DNA from: Armatimonadota bacterium
GTDB taxonomy: Bacteria; Sysuimicrobiota; Sysuimicrobiia; Sysuimicrobiales; Kaftiobacteriaceae
Direction: 5' to 3'
DNA: 16,869 bases
Assembly: GCA_037440005.1 (NCBI GenBank)
Contig: JBBIUY010000044.1
Coordinates: forward strand, 3,824 to 20,692
Part shown: piece after piece, positions 7,204 to 13,663 of the stretch
Position numbering within the stretch: position 1 is the stretch's first letter
Layout of the letters: each line of letters starts with the position of its first letter
Made by a program: the position numbers and the translations under genes
The notes under the pieces: model-generated
Database searches by the model: none
What the model was told of the DNA's origin: nothing
Seen by the model: the letters and a program-made list of their open reading frames with translations, nothing else

Positions 7204-7231
7204 CCTTCAACCTCCAACCTTCAACCTTCAA
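7204..7231 (-). repeat. Heptamer tandem array (TTGAAGG on minus strand)x4 downstream of rarA
   Basis: Plus strand ccttcaa cctccaa ccttcaa ccttcaa. Confidence 0.9.
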
Positions 7232-7262
7232 CGCAGTTCCAGGGCGGACCGCGGGGCGCGGG

Positions 7263-8606
7263 TCACTCGGGGGCGTAGCGCTTGAGGTCCTTCCACCACT
7301 CCTGCAGCCGTCGGCGCACCTCGGCCTCGAACCCGCGGGTGGTGGGCTCGTAGTAGATGCGGCCGGCCACGGCGTCGGGCAGGTAGGTCTGGGGGACGAA
7401 CCCCCCGGGGTGGTCGTGGGGGTACCGGTACCCGCGCCCGTGGCCCAGGACCCGGGCCGCCTGGGGGTGGCTGCTGTCCCGGAGGTGCGCCGGCACCGGG
7501 TCGGCACGGCGCTCCTGCACGTCGCGCAGGGCGGCGCCGATGGCGCGGACGACGGCGTTGCTCTTGGGGGCCGTGGCGATGTAGATGGCGGCCTCCGCCA
7601 TGGGGATCTGGGCCTCCGGCAGGCCCACGAACTCCACCGCGTGGGCGGCGGCGGTGGCCACCACCAGGGCCAGGGGGTCGGCCAGGCCTACGTCCTCGGC
7701 CGCGTGGATCACCATGCGCCGGGCGATGAACCGAGGGTCTTCGCCGGCGGCCAGCATCCGGGCCAGCCAGTACACCGCCGCGTCGGGGTCGGAGCCCCGC
7801 AGGCTCTTGATGAACGCCGAGATGTGGTCGTAGTGGGCGTCGCCTTCCCGGTCGTACACCAGCGCCCGGCGCTGGGTGGCGTCCTCCACGGCGGCCACCG
7901 TCACCCGGCGCACCCCCCGGTCGTCGGGTGGCGTGGTCAGCGCCGCCACCTCCAGGGCGTTCAGCGCCACCCGGGCGTCGCCGTTGCTGATGGCCGCCAG
8001 GTGGGCCAGGGCGTCCTCGTCCACCTCCACCCGCAGGCTGCCCAGCCCCCGCTCGGCGTCCTGGAGGGCCCGGCGCAGGAGCGTGCGGATGTGCTCGTCG
8101 GACAGCGGCTCCAGCCGCAGCACCCGGGAGCGGGACACCAGGGTGGGGTTCACCTCGTAGAAGGGGTTCTCGGTGGTGGCGCCGATGAGGATGACCGTGC
8201 CGTCCTCCACGTGGGGGAGCAGCACGTCCTGCTGCGCTTTGTTGAAGCGGTGGATCTCGTCGATGAACAGGATGGTCCGCCGGCCGTACAGCGCCCGCCG
8301 TTCCCGGGCCCGGGCGATGACCTCTTTGAGGTCGGCCACGCCGGCGGTGACGGCGTTCAGCTGCTCCACCTCCGACCGGGTGGCCTGGGCGATGATGTGG
8401 GCCAGGGACGTCTTCCCGGTGCCCGGCGGGCCGTACAGGATCAGCGAGGTCAGCGCGTCCCGCTCGATGGCCTCCCGCAGGACCCGCCCGGGCCCCACCA
8501 GGTGTTCCTGCCCGACGAACTCGTCCAGGGTGCGGGGCCGCATGCGGGCGGCCAGGGGGGCGTCCTCGGGCGGGCGCCCCGGCTGGTCCTGCCGGAACAG
8601 GTCCAC
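7263..8606 (-). CDS. rarA: Replication-associated recombination protein A (RarA/MgsA AAA+ ATPase), ~447 aa
   Basis: PLAARMRPRTLDEFVGQEH, Walker A GPPGTGKT, Walker B LFIDEIHRFNKAQQD, GATTENP, AFIKSLRGSDPDAA, APKSN, GYRYPHD; start most likely GTG 8606 (alternative 8615). Confidence 0.96.
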   Translation of the reverse strand: MDLFRQDQPGRPPEDAPLAARMRPRTLDEFVGQEHLVGPGRVLREAIERDALTSLILYGPPGTGKTSLAHIIAQATRSEVEQLNAVTAGVADLKEVIARARERRALYGRRTILFIDEIHRFNKAQQDVLLPHVEDGTVILIGATTENPFYEVNPTLVSRSRVLRLEPLSDEHIRTLLRRALQDAERGLGSLRVEVDEDALAHLAAISNGDARVALNALEVAALTTPPDDRGVRRVTVAAVEDATQRRALVYDREGDAHYDHISAFIKSLRGSDPDAAVYWLARMLAAGEDPRFIARRMVIHAAEDVGLADPLALVVATAAAHAVEFVGLPEAQIPMAEAAIYIATAPKSNAVVRAIGAALRDVQERRADPVPAHLRDSSHPQAARVLGHGRGYRYPHDHPGGFVPQTYLPDAVAGRIYYEPTTRGFEAEVRRRLQEWWKDLKRYAPE

Positions 8607-8625
8607 CGACCTCACCCCGCCTGTG

Positions 8626-8634
8626 ATGGTAGCA
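8626..8634 (-). promoter_or_regulatory. Extended -10 promoter for rarA
   Basis: Minus strand TGCTACCAT about 20 nt upstream of the GTG start. Confidence 0.5.
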
Positions 8635-8682
8635 CACCCGTCCCGCTCCGGGCCCCTGCCGGACGCCCCAGCGGGGGCGGGG

Positions 8683-8710
8683 GCAGGAAATCCAGCCCTG
8701 GCGCGGAAAT
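8683..8710 (+). promoter_or_regulatory. Putative sigma-H-like promoter for hup
   Basis: GCAGGAAAT-N11-GCGGAAAT versus consensus RNAGGAWWW-N11/12-RNNGAAT; no clear sigma70 -10 seen before hup. Confidence 0.45.
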
Positions 8711-8762
8711 CCCGCATCCGGACCGGACCACAGTGACCGACTCTGGCTCAGGAGGGGTGCGC

Positions 8763-9053
8763 ATGCCCAGATCGATGACCAAGGCCAAGATCGCCGAGTA
8801 CCTGGCAGGCAAGCTGGACGTGCCCCGCAAGACCGCCATGGCCTTCCTGGACGAGCTGGCCCAGCTGGCCTACCGGGAGGCCAAGAACTCCTTCACCCTC
8901 CCCGGGCTGGGGAAACTGGTGCTGGTCAACCGCAAGGCGCGCATGGGCCGCAACCCGCAGACCGGCGAGCCGATCCGGATCCCGGCCAAGCGGGTGGTGC
9001 GCTTCCGCATCAGCAAGGTGGCCAAGGAGGCCATCCTCGGCAGCGAGAAGTAG
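8763..9053 (+). CDS. hup: HU family histone-like DNA-binding protein, 96 aa
   Basis: AGGAGG RBS; MTKAKIAEYLA...LPGLGKL...RKARMGRNPQTGEPIRIPAKRVVRFR is the HU/IHF arm signature. Confidence 0.96.
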   Translation: MPRSMTKAKIAEYLAGKLDVPRKTAMAFLDELAQLAYREAKNSFTLPGLGKLVLVNRKARMGRNPQTGEPIRIPAKRVVRFRISKVAKEAILGSEK

Positions 9054-9070
9054 GCCGGCGTCATCAGACG

Positions 9071-9114
9071 GGACGAGGGGGACGTGAGTGCCACGTCCCC
9101 CTCATCCTGTTTCT
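9071..9114 (+). terminator. Intrinsic terminator after hup, possibly bidirectional (also ending the convergent 6S RNA)
   Basis: GGACGAGGGGGACGTG-agtgc-CACGTCCCCCTCATCC (16-bp stem, one mismatch that becomes U-G on the minus strand) followed by TGTTTCT. Confidence 0.8.
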
Positions 9115-9300
9115 CCCGCCGTGCCGGCGGGTCGCCGTTCCCGATCCTGCTCTCAGCAGGTGGGTGCCCTCCTGGCCGCTTCCGGCGTCCCCGGGCCGCC
9201 CGTGGGGGCGGGGGGCGTGTCGTCCACGGTCAGAGGCGGGCTCCCGTGGTCGTCGGTGTTGGGTCGGAACGTGTGACCCGCACGCGCACGGCAGGATCCC
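9113..9300 (-). ncRNA. ssrS: 6S RNA
   Basis: ~185-nt rod: 5' CCUGCCGUGC pairs with 3' GCACGGCGGG, GCGGGUC/GACCCGC, CGUUCC/GGAACG; contains GGGAGC and AGGAGGGCACCCACCUGC-n-GCAGG as in Bacillota-type 6S RNAs; downstream of aspS (known 6S neighbourhood); own sigma70 promoter. Ends approximate. Confidence 0.85.
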
Positions 9301-9312
9301 GCGTCCACCCCT

Positions 9313-9341
9313 ATCCTACCCCCCACCGCCCACCCCCGCAA
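9313..9341 (-). promoter_or_regulatory. sigma70-type promoter for 6S RNA
   Basis: Minus strand TTGCGG-N17-TAGGAT, ~13 nt upstream of the predicted 5' end. Confidence 0.7.
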
Positions 9342-9356
9342 GCCACCCCCGGGGGT

Positions 9357-9396
9357 GGAGCGTTGGAACGTTGGAACGTTGAAGCGTTGAAGCGTC
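9357..9396 (+). repeat. Octamer tandem array (GGAGCGTT family)x5
   Basis: ggagcgtt ggaacgtt ggaacgtt gaagcgtt gaagcgtc; same unit family as 3030..3067. Confidence 0.9.
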
Positions 9397-9419
9397 TTCT
9401 TGGTCCTGCAGTTGTCTTT

Positions 9420-9468
9420 CCCTCTTCCTTCTTCCCTCATCCCTTTTCCCTTTTCCTTTTTCCCTTTT
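9420..9468 (-). repeat. Purine heptamer array (AAAAGGG)x7 starting in the aspS stop codon
   Basis: Minus strand aaaaggg aaaaagg aaaaggg aaaaggg atgaggg aagaagg aagaggg. Confidence 0.9.
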
Positions 9469-10805
9469 CACGGGTACAGTCTCGTCGGCCCCCGGTAGAT
9501 GTACGTGACCTCCCGGATGCTGGGCTGGCCCAGCAGGATCATCAGCATCCGGGCCAGGCCGAACCCGAACCCGCCGTGGGGCGGGCAGCCGTACCTGAAG
9601 AAGTCCAGGTAGAACTGCAGGGGCTCCAGGCTGAGCCCCTTCTCCCGGGCCTGGGCCACCAGCACCTCGTAGCGGTGCTCCCGCTGGGCCCCGGTGGTCA
9701 CCTCGACGCCGTTCCACAGCAGGTCGAAGCTCTTGGTCAGCGACGGCCGGTCCGGGTGGCGCATGTGGTAGAAGGGCCGGACCTCGGCCGGGTAGTCGGT
9801 GACGAAGGCGAAGGGATGCCCCAGCTCCCGGGCCACGTACTCCCCCAGCAGCCGCTCCCCGGCCGGGTCCAGGTCGGCCCGCGCGGACGTGTGGCCCTGG
9901 CGGGCCACGATGCGCAGGGCCTCCTCCAGCGGGATGCGGGGAAAGGGCACCGGCGGTACCACCACCTCGACGCCGAAGGTCTGCCGGATCGGCTCGCCCA
10001 GGCGGTCGCGGGTCACCTCCAGGACGTACTGCAGCCACCGCTCCTCAAACGCCATGACGTCCTCGTGGGAGTCGATCCAGGACATCTCCACGTCCACGCT
10101 CGTGAACTCGGTGGCGTGGCGGGGGGTGAAGGACGGGTCCGCCCGGAACGCCGGCCCGATCTCGAAGACCCGGTCGAACCCCGCCGCCATGGCCATCTGC
10201 TTGTAGAACTGGGGGGACTGGGCCAGGTAGGCCGGCCGGCCGAAGTAGGACAGCTCGAACAGTTCCGCCCCCGATTCGCTGGCGCTGCCCATGAGCTTGG
10301 GCGAGTGGATCTCCACGAAGCCCTCCCGGATCCAGTACTCCCGCATGGCGTGCTCCACCACGGTCTGCACCTGGAAGATGAGCAGGTTCTCCGGCCGCCG
10401 CAGGTCCAGAAACCGCCAGGTCAGGCGCACGTCCGGGTTGGGCTCCACCGTCCCGGAGGGGTCCAGGGGCAGGATCCGGTCGGCCGGGCCGTGGACCTCC
10501 AGCTCCTGCAGGCGGATCTCCACCCCGCCCAGCTTGACGATGGGGTTCTCCTCCACCACCCCCACCACGGCCACCGCCGACTCGCGGGTCAGGGCGCTGA
10601 CGGCTTCGTTGAGGGCGGCGTGGGCCGGAGACCGCTCCACGGTGACCTGGGCCAGCCCCGTGTGGTCCCGGAGGATCAGGAACTGGACGCGCTTTTGATC
10701 TCGGATGGCCCGGACCCACCCGCAGACCCGCACCGTCTGGCCGATGTGCCGGCGCAGGTCGCGGATGAGGGTGCGGGGCAGAGCGGTGCGGGCGCGGGCG
10801 TCCAT
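9468..10805 (-). CDS. aspS: Aspartate--tRNA ligase, short archaeal/eukaryotic-type (AspRS2-like, probably non-discriminating), 445 aa
   Basis: OB-fold GWVRAIRD...FLILRD, RFLDLR, SESGAELF, YLAQSPQFYKQ, motif 2 FRAD..TPRHATEFTSVDVEM, motif 3 GCPPHGGFGFGLAR; no GAD insertion. Start ATG 10805 (alternative GTG 10811). Confidence 0.93.
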   Translation of the reverse strand: MDARARTALPRTLIRDLRRHIGQTVRVCGWVRAIRDQKRVQFLILRDHTGLAQVTVERSPAHAALNEAVSALTRESAVAVVGVVEENPIVKLGGVEIRLQELEVHGPADRILPLDPSGTVEPNPDVRLTWRFLDLRRPENLLIFQVQTVVEHAMREYWIREGFVEIHSPKLMGSASESGAELFELSYFGRPAYLAQSPQFYKQMAMAAGFDRVFEIGPAFRADPSFTPRHATEFTSVDVEMSWIDSHEDVMAFEERWLQYVLEVTRDRLGEPIRQTFGVEVVVPPVPFPRIPLEEALRIVARQGHTSARADLDPAGERLLGEYVARELGHPFAFVTDYPAEVRPFYHMRHPDRPSLTKSFDLLWNGVEVTTGAQREHRYEVLVAQAREKGLSLEPLQFYLDFFRYGCPPHGGFGFGLARMLMILLGQPSIREVTYIYRGPTRLYP

Positions 10806-10807
10806 GG

Positions 10808-12082
10808 TCACCGGGCCTGCCGGGCGGCGGTCAGGCGGTCCACCAGTTCGTCCAGGGGCACGTCCTGCTGGGAGCCGGCCCGCATGTCCCGGATGCCGGC
10901 CCGGCGTCCGGCCAGCTCCTGGTCGCCCAGGATGACGGCAAAGCGGGCGCCCACCCGGTCCGCCTGCTTCATCTGGGCCCGCAGCCCCCTGTCCGCCACA
11001 TCGCCCACCGCCCTCAGCCCCGCGGTGCGCAGCCGGTCCAGCAGCCGGAAGGCCTCCCGCCCGGCGGCCTCGCCCACGGCGGCCACGTACACGTCCACGC
11101 CGTCGGCGCCGGCGGCCTGGGGCACCTCCAGCCCCTCCGCCTCCAGGACCAGCAGCAGGCGCTCCAGCCCCAGGCCGAACCCGACCCCGGGAACCGGCGG
11201 GCCTCCCAGCTGCTGGGCCAGCCCGTCGTAGCGCCCCCCGCCCAGGATCTGGTGCTGGGCCCCCCCCAGGCGGCCTGAGTGCACCTCGGCGGCGGTGCGG
11301 GTGTAGTAGTCCAGCCCCCGGACGATGAAGGGATCTTCCACGTAGGGGATCTGCAGCAGGCCGAACAGCTCCTTGACCTGGTCGAAGTGGGCCCGGCAGT
11401 CCGGACACAGGTGCTCGGTGATCCGGGGGGCGTCCCGGACCACGGTCTGGCAGCCGGCCTGCCGGCACTCCAGGACCCGCAGGGGGTTGGTCTCCAGGCG
11501 GCGGCGGCAGTCCTCGCACAGGCGGTCCCGGGCGGGACGCAGGTAGGCCCGCAGCCGCTCCAGGTAGGCGGGACGGCAGACCGGGTCGCCGATGCTGTTC
11601 AGGCGGACCACCACCTCGGTCAGGCCCAGGGCCTGAACCAGCCGGACGGGCAGGCTGAGGACCTCCACGTCGGCCAGGGGCGAGCTCGAACCCAGGACTT
11701 CGGCGCCGAACTGGTGGTGCAGGCGGTAGCGGCCCTTCTGGGGCCGGTCGTAGCGGAACATGGGCGCGATGTAGTACAGCCGCACCGGCTGCGGCCAGGA
11801 GGCCATCCCGTGCTCCAGGTACGCCCGCACCACCCCGGCGGTGCCCTCGGGCCGCAGGGTGAGGCTGCGCCCGCCCCGGTCGGTGAAGGTGTACATCTCG
11901 TGCTCCACGATGTCCGACGTCTCCCCGGCGGTGCGCAGGAACACCTCGGTGTGCTCCACCGGCGGGGTGCGGATCTCCCGGTAGCCGTAGCGGGCGGCGA
12001 ACTCCCGGATCAGAGCTTCCAGCGCCTGCCACCGGGGAGTCTCGTCGGGCAGGATGTCGTGCATGCCGCGGGGGGCTTTCAT
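10808..12082 (-). CDS. hisS: Histidine--tRNA ligase, 424 aa
   Basis: MKAPRGMHDILP, EMYTFTDRGGRSLTLRPEGTA, FRYDRPQKGRYR, VRGLDYYTRT, GGGRYDGL, GFGLGLERL, C-terminal anticodon domain. Confidence 0.97.
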   Translation of the reverse strand: MKAPRGMHDILPDETPRWQALEALIREFAARYGYREIRTPPVEHTEVFLRTAGETSDIVEHEMYTFTDRGGRSLTLRPEGTAGVVRAYLEHGMASWPQPVRLYYIAPMFRYDRPQKGRYRLHHQFGAEVLGSSSPLADVEVLSLPVRLVQALGLTEVVVRLNSIGDPVCRPAYLERLRAYLRPARDRLCEDCRRRLETNPLRVLECRQAGCQTVVRDAPRITEHLCPDCRAHFDQVKELFGLLQIPYVEDPFIVRGLDYYTRTAAEVHSGRLGGAQHQILGGGRYDGLAQQLGGPPVPGVGFGLGLERLLLVLEAEGLEVPQAAGADGVDVYVAAVGEAAGREAFRLLDRLRTAGLRAVGDVADRGLRAQMKQADRVGARFAVILGDQELAGRRAGIRDMRAGSQQDVPLDELVDRLTAARQAR

Positions 12083-12132
12083 GGACGCGTCCACCTGTCG
12101 CGGACCGGGGTCGTCCCGGCCGGCCACACAGA

Positions 12133-12162
12133 GACTCCCGCCCCGCAGCCGGGACGGGAGTC
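12133..12162 (-). promoter_or_regulatory. 13-bp hairpin at the 5' end of the hisS-aspS leader
   Basis: Minus strand GACUCCCGUCCCG-GCUG-CGGGGCGGGAGUC followed by UCUGUGU. Confidence 0.6.
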
Positions 12163-12173
12163 GGCTCGAATGG

Positions 12174-12202
12174 ATTATACTGGCAGGTGTCGGCGCTGTC
12201 AA
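12174..12202 (-). promoter_or_regulatory. Perfect-consensus sigma70 promoter for hisS-aspS
   Basis: Minus strand TTGACA-gcgccgacacctgccag (17 nt)-TATAAT. Confidence 0.92.
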
Positions 12203-12247
12203 AGCGCAGCGGCCCGACGACACGGGCCCGTCGGACGGAGGTGGAGC

Positions 12248-12955
12248 ATGCACGCCATCATCCTGGCGGGGGGCAAGGGCGAGAGGCTGCGGCCGTTCAC
12301 CTCGGACCGTCCCAAGCCCATGGTGGAGATCCTGGGGGTGCCGATCCTGGGCTACCAGCTCCAGTGGCTGCAGACCCAGGGCATCACCGACGTCATCATC
12401 GCCTGCGGCTACCGCCACGAGGTGATTCAGGACTACTTCGGGACCGGCGAGAAGTGGGGCGTGCGGATCCGCTACGCGGTGGAGTCGCAGCCCCTGGGCC
12501 GGGGGGGCGCTCTGAAGATGGCCCTGGGCCTGGTGGGCGAGGGCGAGGACATCTGCCTGGCCACCAACGGCGACATCATCACCAACGTGCGGATCAAACC
12601 CCTCCTCCAGACCCACCGGACCAGCGGCTGCGTGGCCACCGTGGTCCTGACGCCCTTCATCAGCCCCTACGGCATCGTGGAGGTGGACGGCGAGGAGCGC
12701 ATCGTGGCCTTCCACGAAAAGCCCGAGCTGCCCTATTGGGTCAACGCCGGCATCTACGTGCTGGCCCGGGAGATCGAGCCGCTGCTGCCCGACCAGGGCG
12801 ACCACGAGGACACCACCTTCCCCCGCCTGGCCAGCGAGCGCCGGCTGGCGGCGTTCAAGTCCCGCGCCTACTGGCGGGCGGTGGACACGGTCAAGGACCT
12901 GTCGGAGGTCCACAAAGAGCTGGAGCAGCGGCTGATGATGAGTTTTCTGGCGTGA
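12248..12955 (+). CDS. Sugar-phosphate nucleotidyltransferase family protein (NTP_transferase, no beta-helix domain), 235 aa
   Basis: GGAGG/GGAG RBS; AIILAGGKGERLRPFT..RPKPM, ESQPLGRGGA, TNGDII, YGIV, FHEKP, VNAGIY, YWRAVDT. Confidence 0.9.
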   Translation: MHAIILAGGKGERLRPFTSDRPKPMVEILGVPILGYQLQWLQTQGITDVIIACGYRHEVIQDYFGTGEKWGVRIRYAVESQPLGRGGALKMALGLVGEGEDICLATNGDIITNVRIKPLLQTHRTSGCVATVVLTPFISPYGIVEVDGEERIVAFHEKPELPYWVNAGIYVLAREIEPLLPDQGDHEDTTFPRLASERRLAAFKSRAYWRAVDTVKDLSEVHKELEQRLMMSFLA

Positions 12956-13009
12956 AAGGGAAAAGGGAAAAAGGAAAAGGGAAGAGGGAAGAGGGAAGAA
13001 AGAGAAGGG
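12954..13009 (+). repeat. Purine-only heptamer array (AAAAGGG/AAGAGGG)x8 filling the whole gap between two convergent stop codons
   Basis: gaaaggg aaaaggg aaaaagg aaaaggg aagaggg aagaggg aagaaag agaaggg. Confidence 0.92.
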
Positions 13010-13663
13010 CTAGGGGGTGTCGGGGAGGCCGGGGTTGAGGCGGACCAGCACGGTGCCGTGGGGGGTCTCCCGGCAGGTGGCCAGCGAGGCGGGGGGAATT
13101 TCCAGGGCCCGCATCGCCCGCAGGGGGGCGCCGATCAGGCGGCACAGCAGGGCCGCCAGCGGGTCCTGGTGGGAGACCAGGACCCCAGTTCCGCCGCGCC
13201 CGGCCCACTCCCGGTAGGCCGCCTCCATCCGGGCCGCCACCTCCTCCAGCGTCTCCGCTCCGGGCAGGCGCAGCAGGTCGGGGGCCTGCCGCCACAGGTC
13301 CCACTGGCGCGGGTACTCCCGCCGGATGGCCTCGATCTCCATCCCCTCCCACGGGCCGAACCCCCACTCCAGAAGGCGCGGGTCGTCGGTGACCGCCAGG
13401 CCGTGGGGACGGGCGATCGCCTCGGCGGTCTCCCTGGTGCGCTCCAGGGGGCTCGTGGCCACCCACGCCAGCGGCTCCCGGCTCAACCGGTCGGCCAGGC
13501 GCCGGGCCTGTTCTTCGCCCTGCCGGTTCAGGGGCACGCCGGGCAGCCGGCCGGCCAGCCGGTTGCGGTCCGGCAGGAGCCAGTCGTGCATCCCGTGGCG
13601 GACCAGGTGGACGGTCGCGCCGTCCTGCCGGATCCGGTCCGGGGCCGCGGACATCCCGGTCAT
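13010..13663 (-). CDS. Histidine phosphatase (phosphoglycerate-mutase-like) family protein, 217 aa
   Basis: LVRHG, PLNRQGEEQA, TSPLERTRETA, EWGFGPWEG, GAETL, LVSHQD; ATG overlaps the upstream stop (ATGA). Confidence 0.9.
   Translation of the reverse strand: MTGMSAAPDRIRQDGATVHLVRHGMHDWLLPDRNRLAGRLPGVPLNRQGEEQARRLADRLSREPLAWVATSPLERTRETAEAIARPHGLAVTDDPRLLEWGFGPWEGMEIEAIRREYPRQWDLWRQAPDLLRLPGAETLEEVAARMEAAYREWAGRGGTGVLVSHQDPLAALLCRLIGAPLRAMRALEIPPASLATCRETPHGTVLVRLNPGLPDTP

Noticed and set aside
7410..9053. 547-aa ORF ending in the HU domain; likewise 1434..3029, 11279..12955, 13660..15474 and 3271..4845
   Set aside because: Upstream parts overlap real genes in another frame or strand; good RBS/start sites exist at 8763, 1896, 12248, 14832 and 4662.
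9084..9440. Short ORFs (62-95 aa) in the hup-aspS gap
   Set aside because: They cross the terminator, 6S RNA and repeat arrays, have low-complexity translations and lack protein-family motifs.
12083..12170. T-box riboswitch upstream of hisS
   Set aside because: The leader is only ~85 nt and has no Stem I or UGGNACC T-box motif.
9468..12913. 854-aa and 701-aa ORFs suggesting large N-terminal extensions or fusions of AspRS and HisRS
   Set aside because: The extensions are off-frame or antisense read-throughs of neighbouring genes in GC-rich DNA; family homology starts at 10805 and 12082, and the hisS promoter lies inside the supposed extension.
3030..13009. Repeat arrays as CRISPR arrays or IS ends
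   Set aside because: Units are 7-8 nt with no spacers; no cas or transposase gene, terminal inverted repeats or target duplications are visible.
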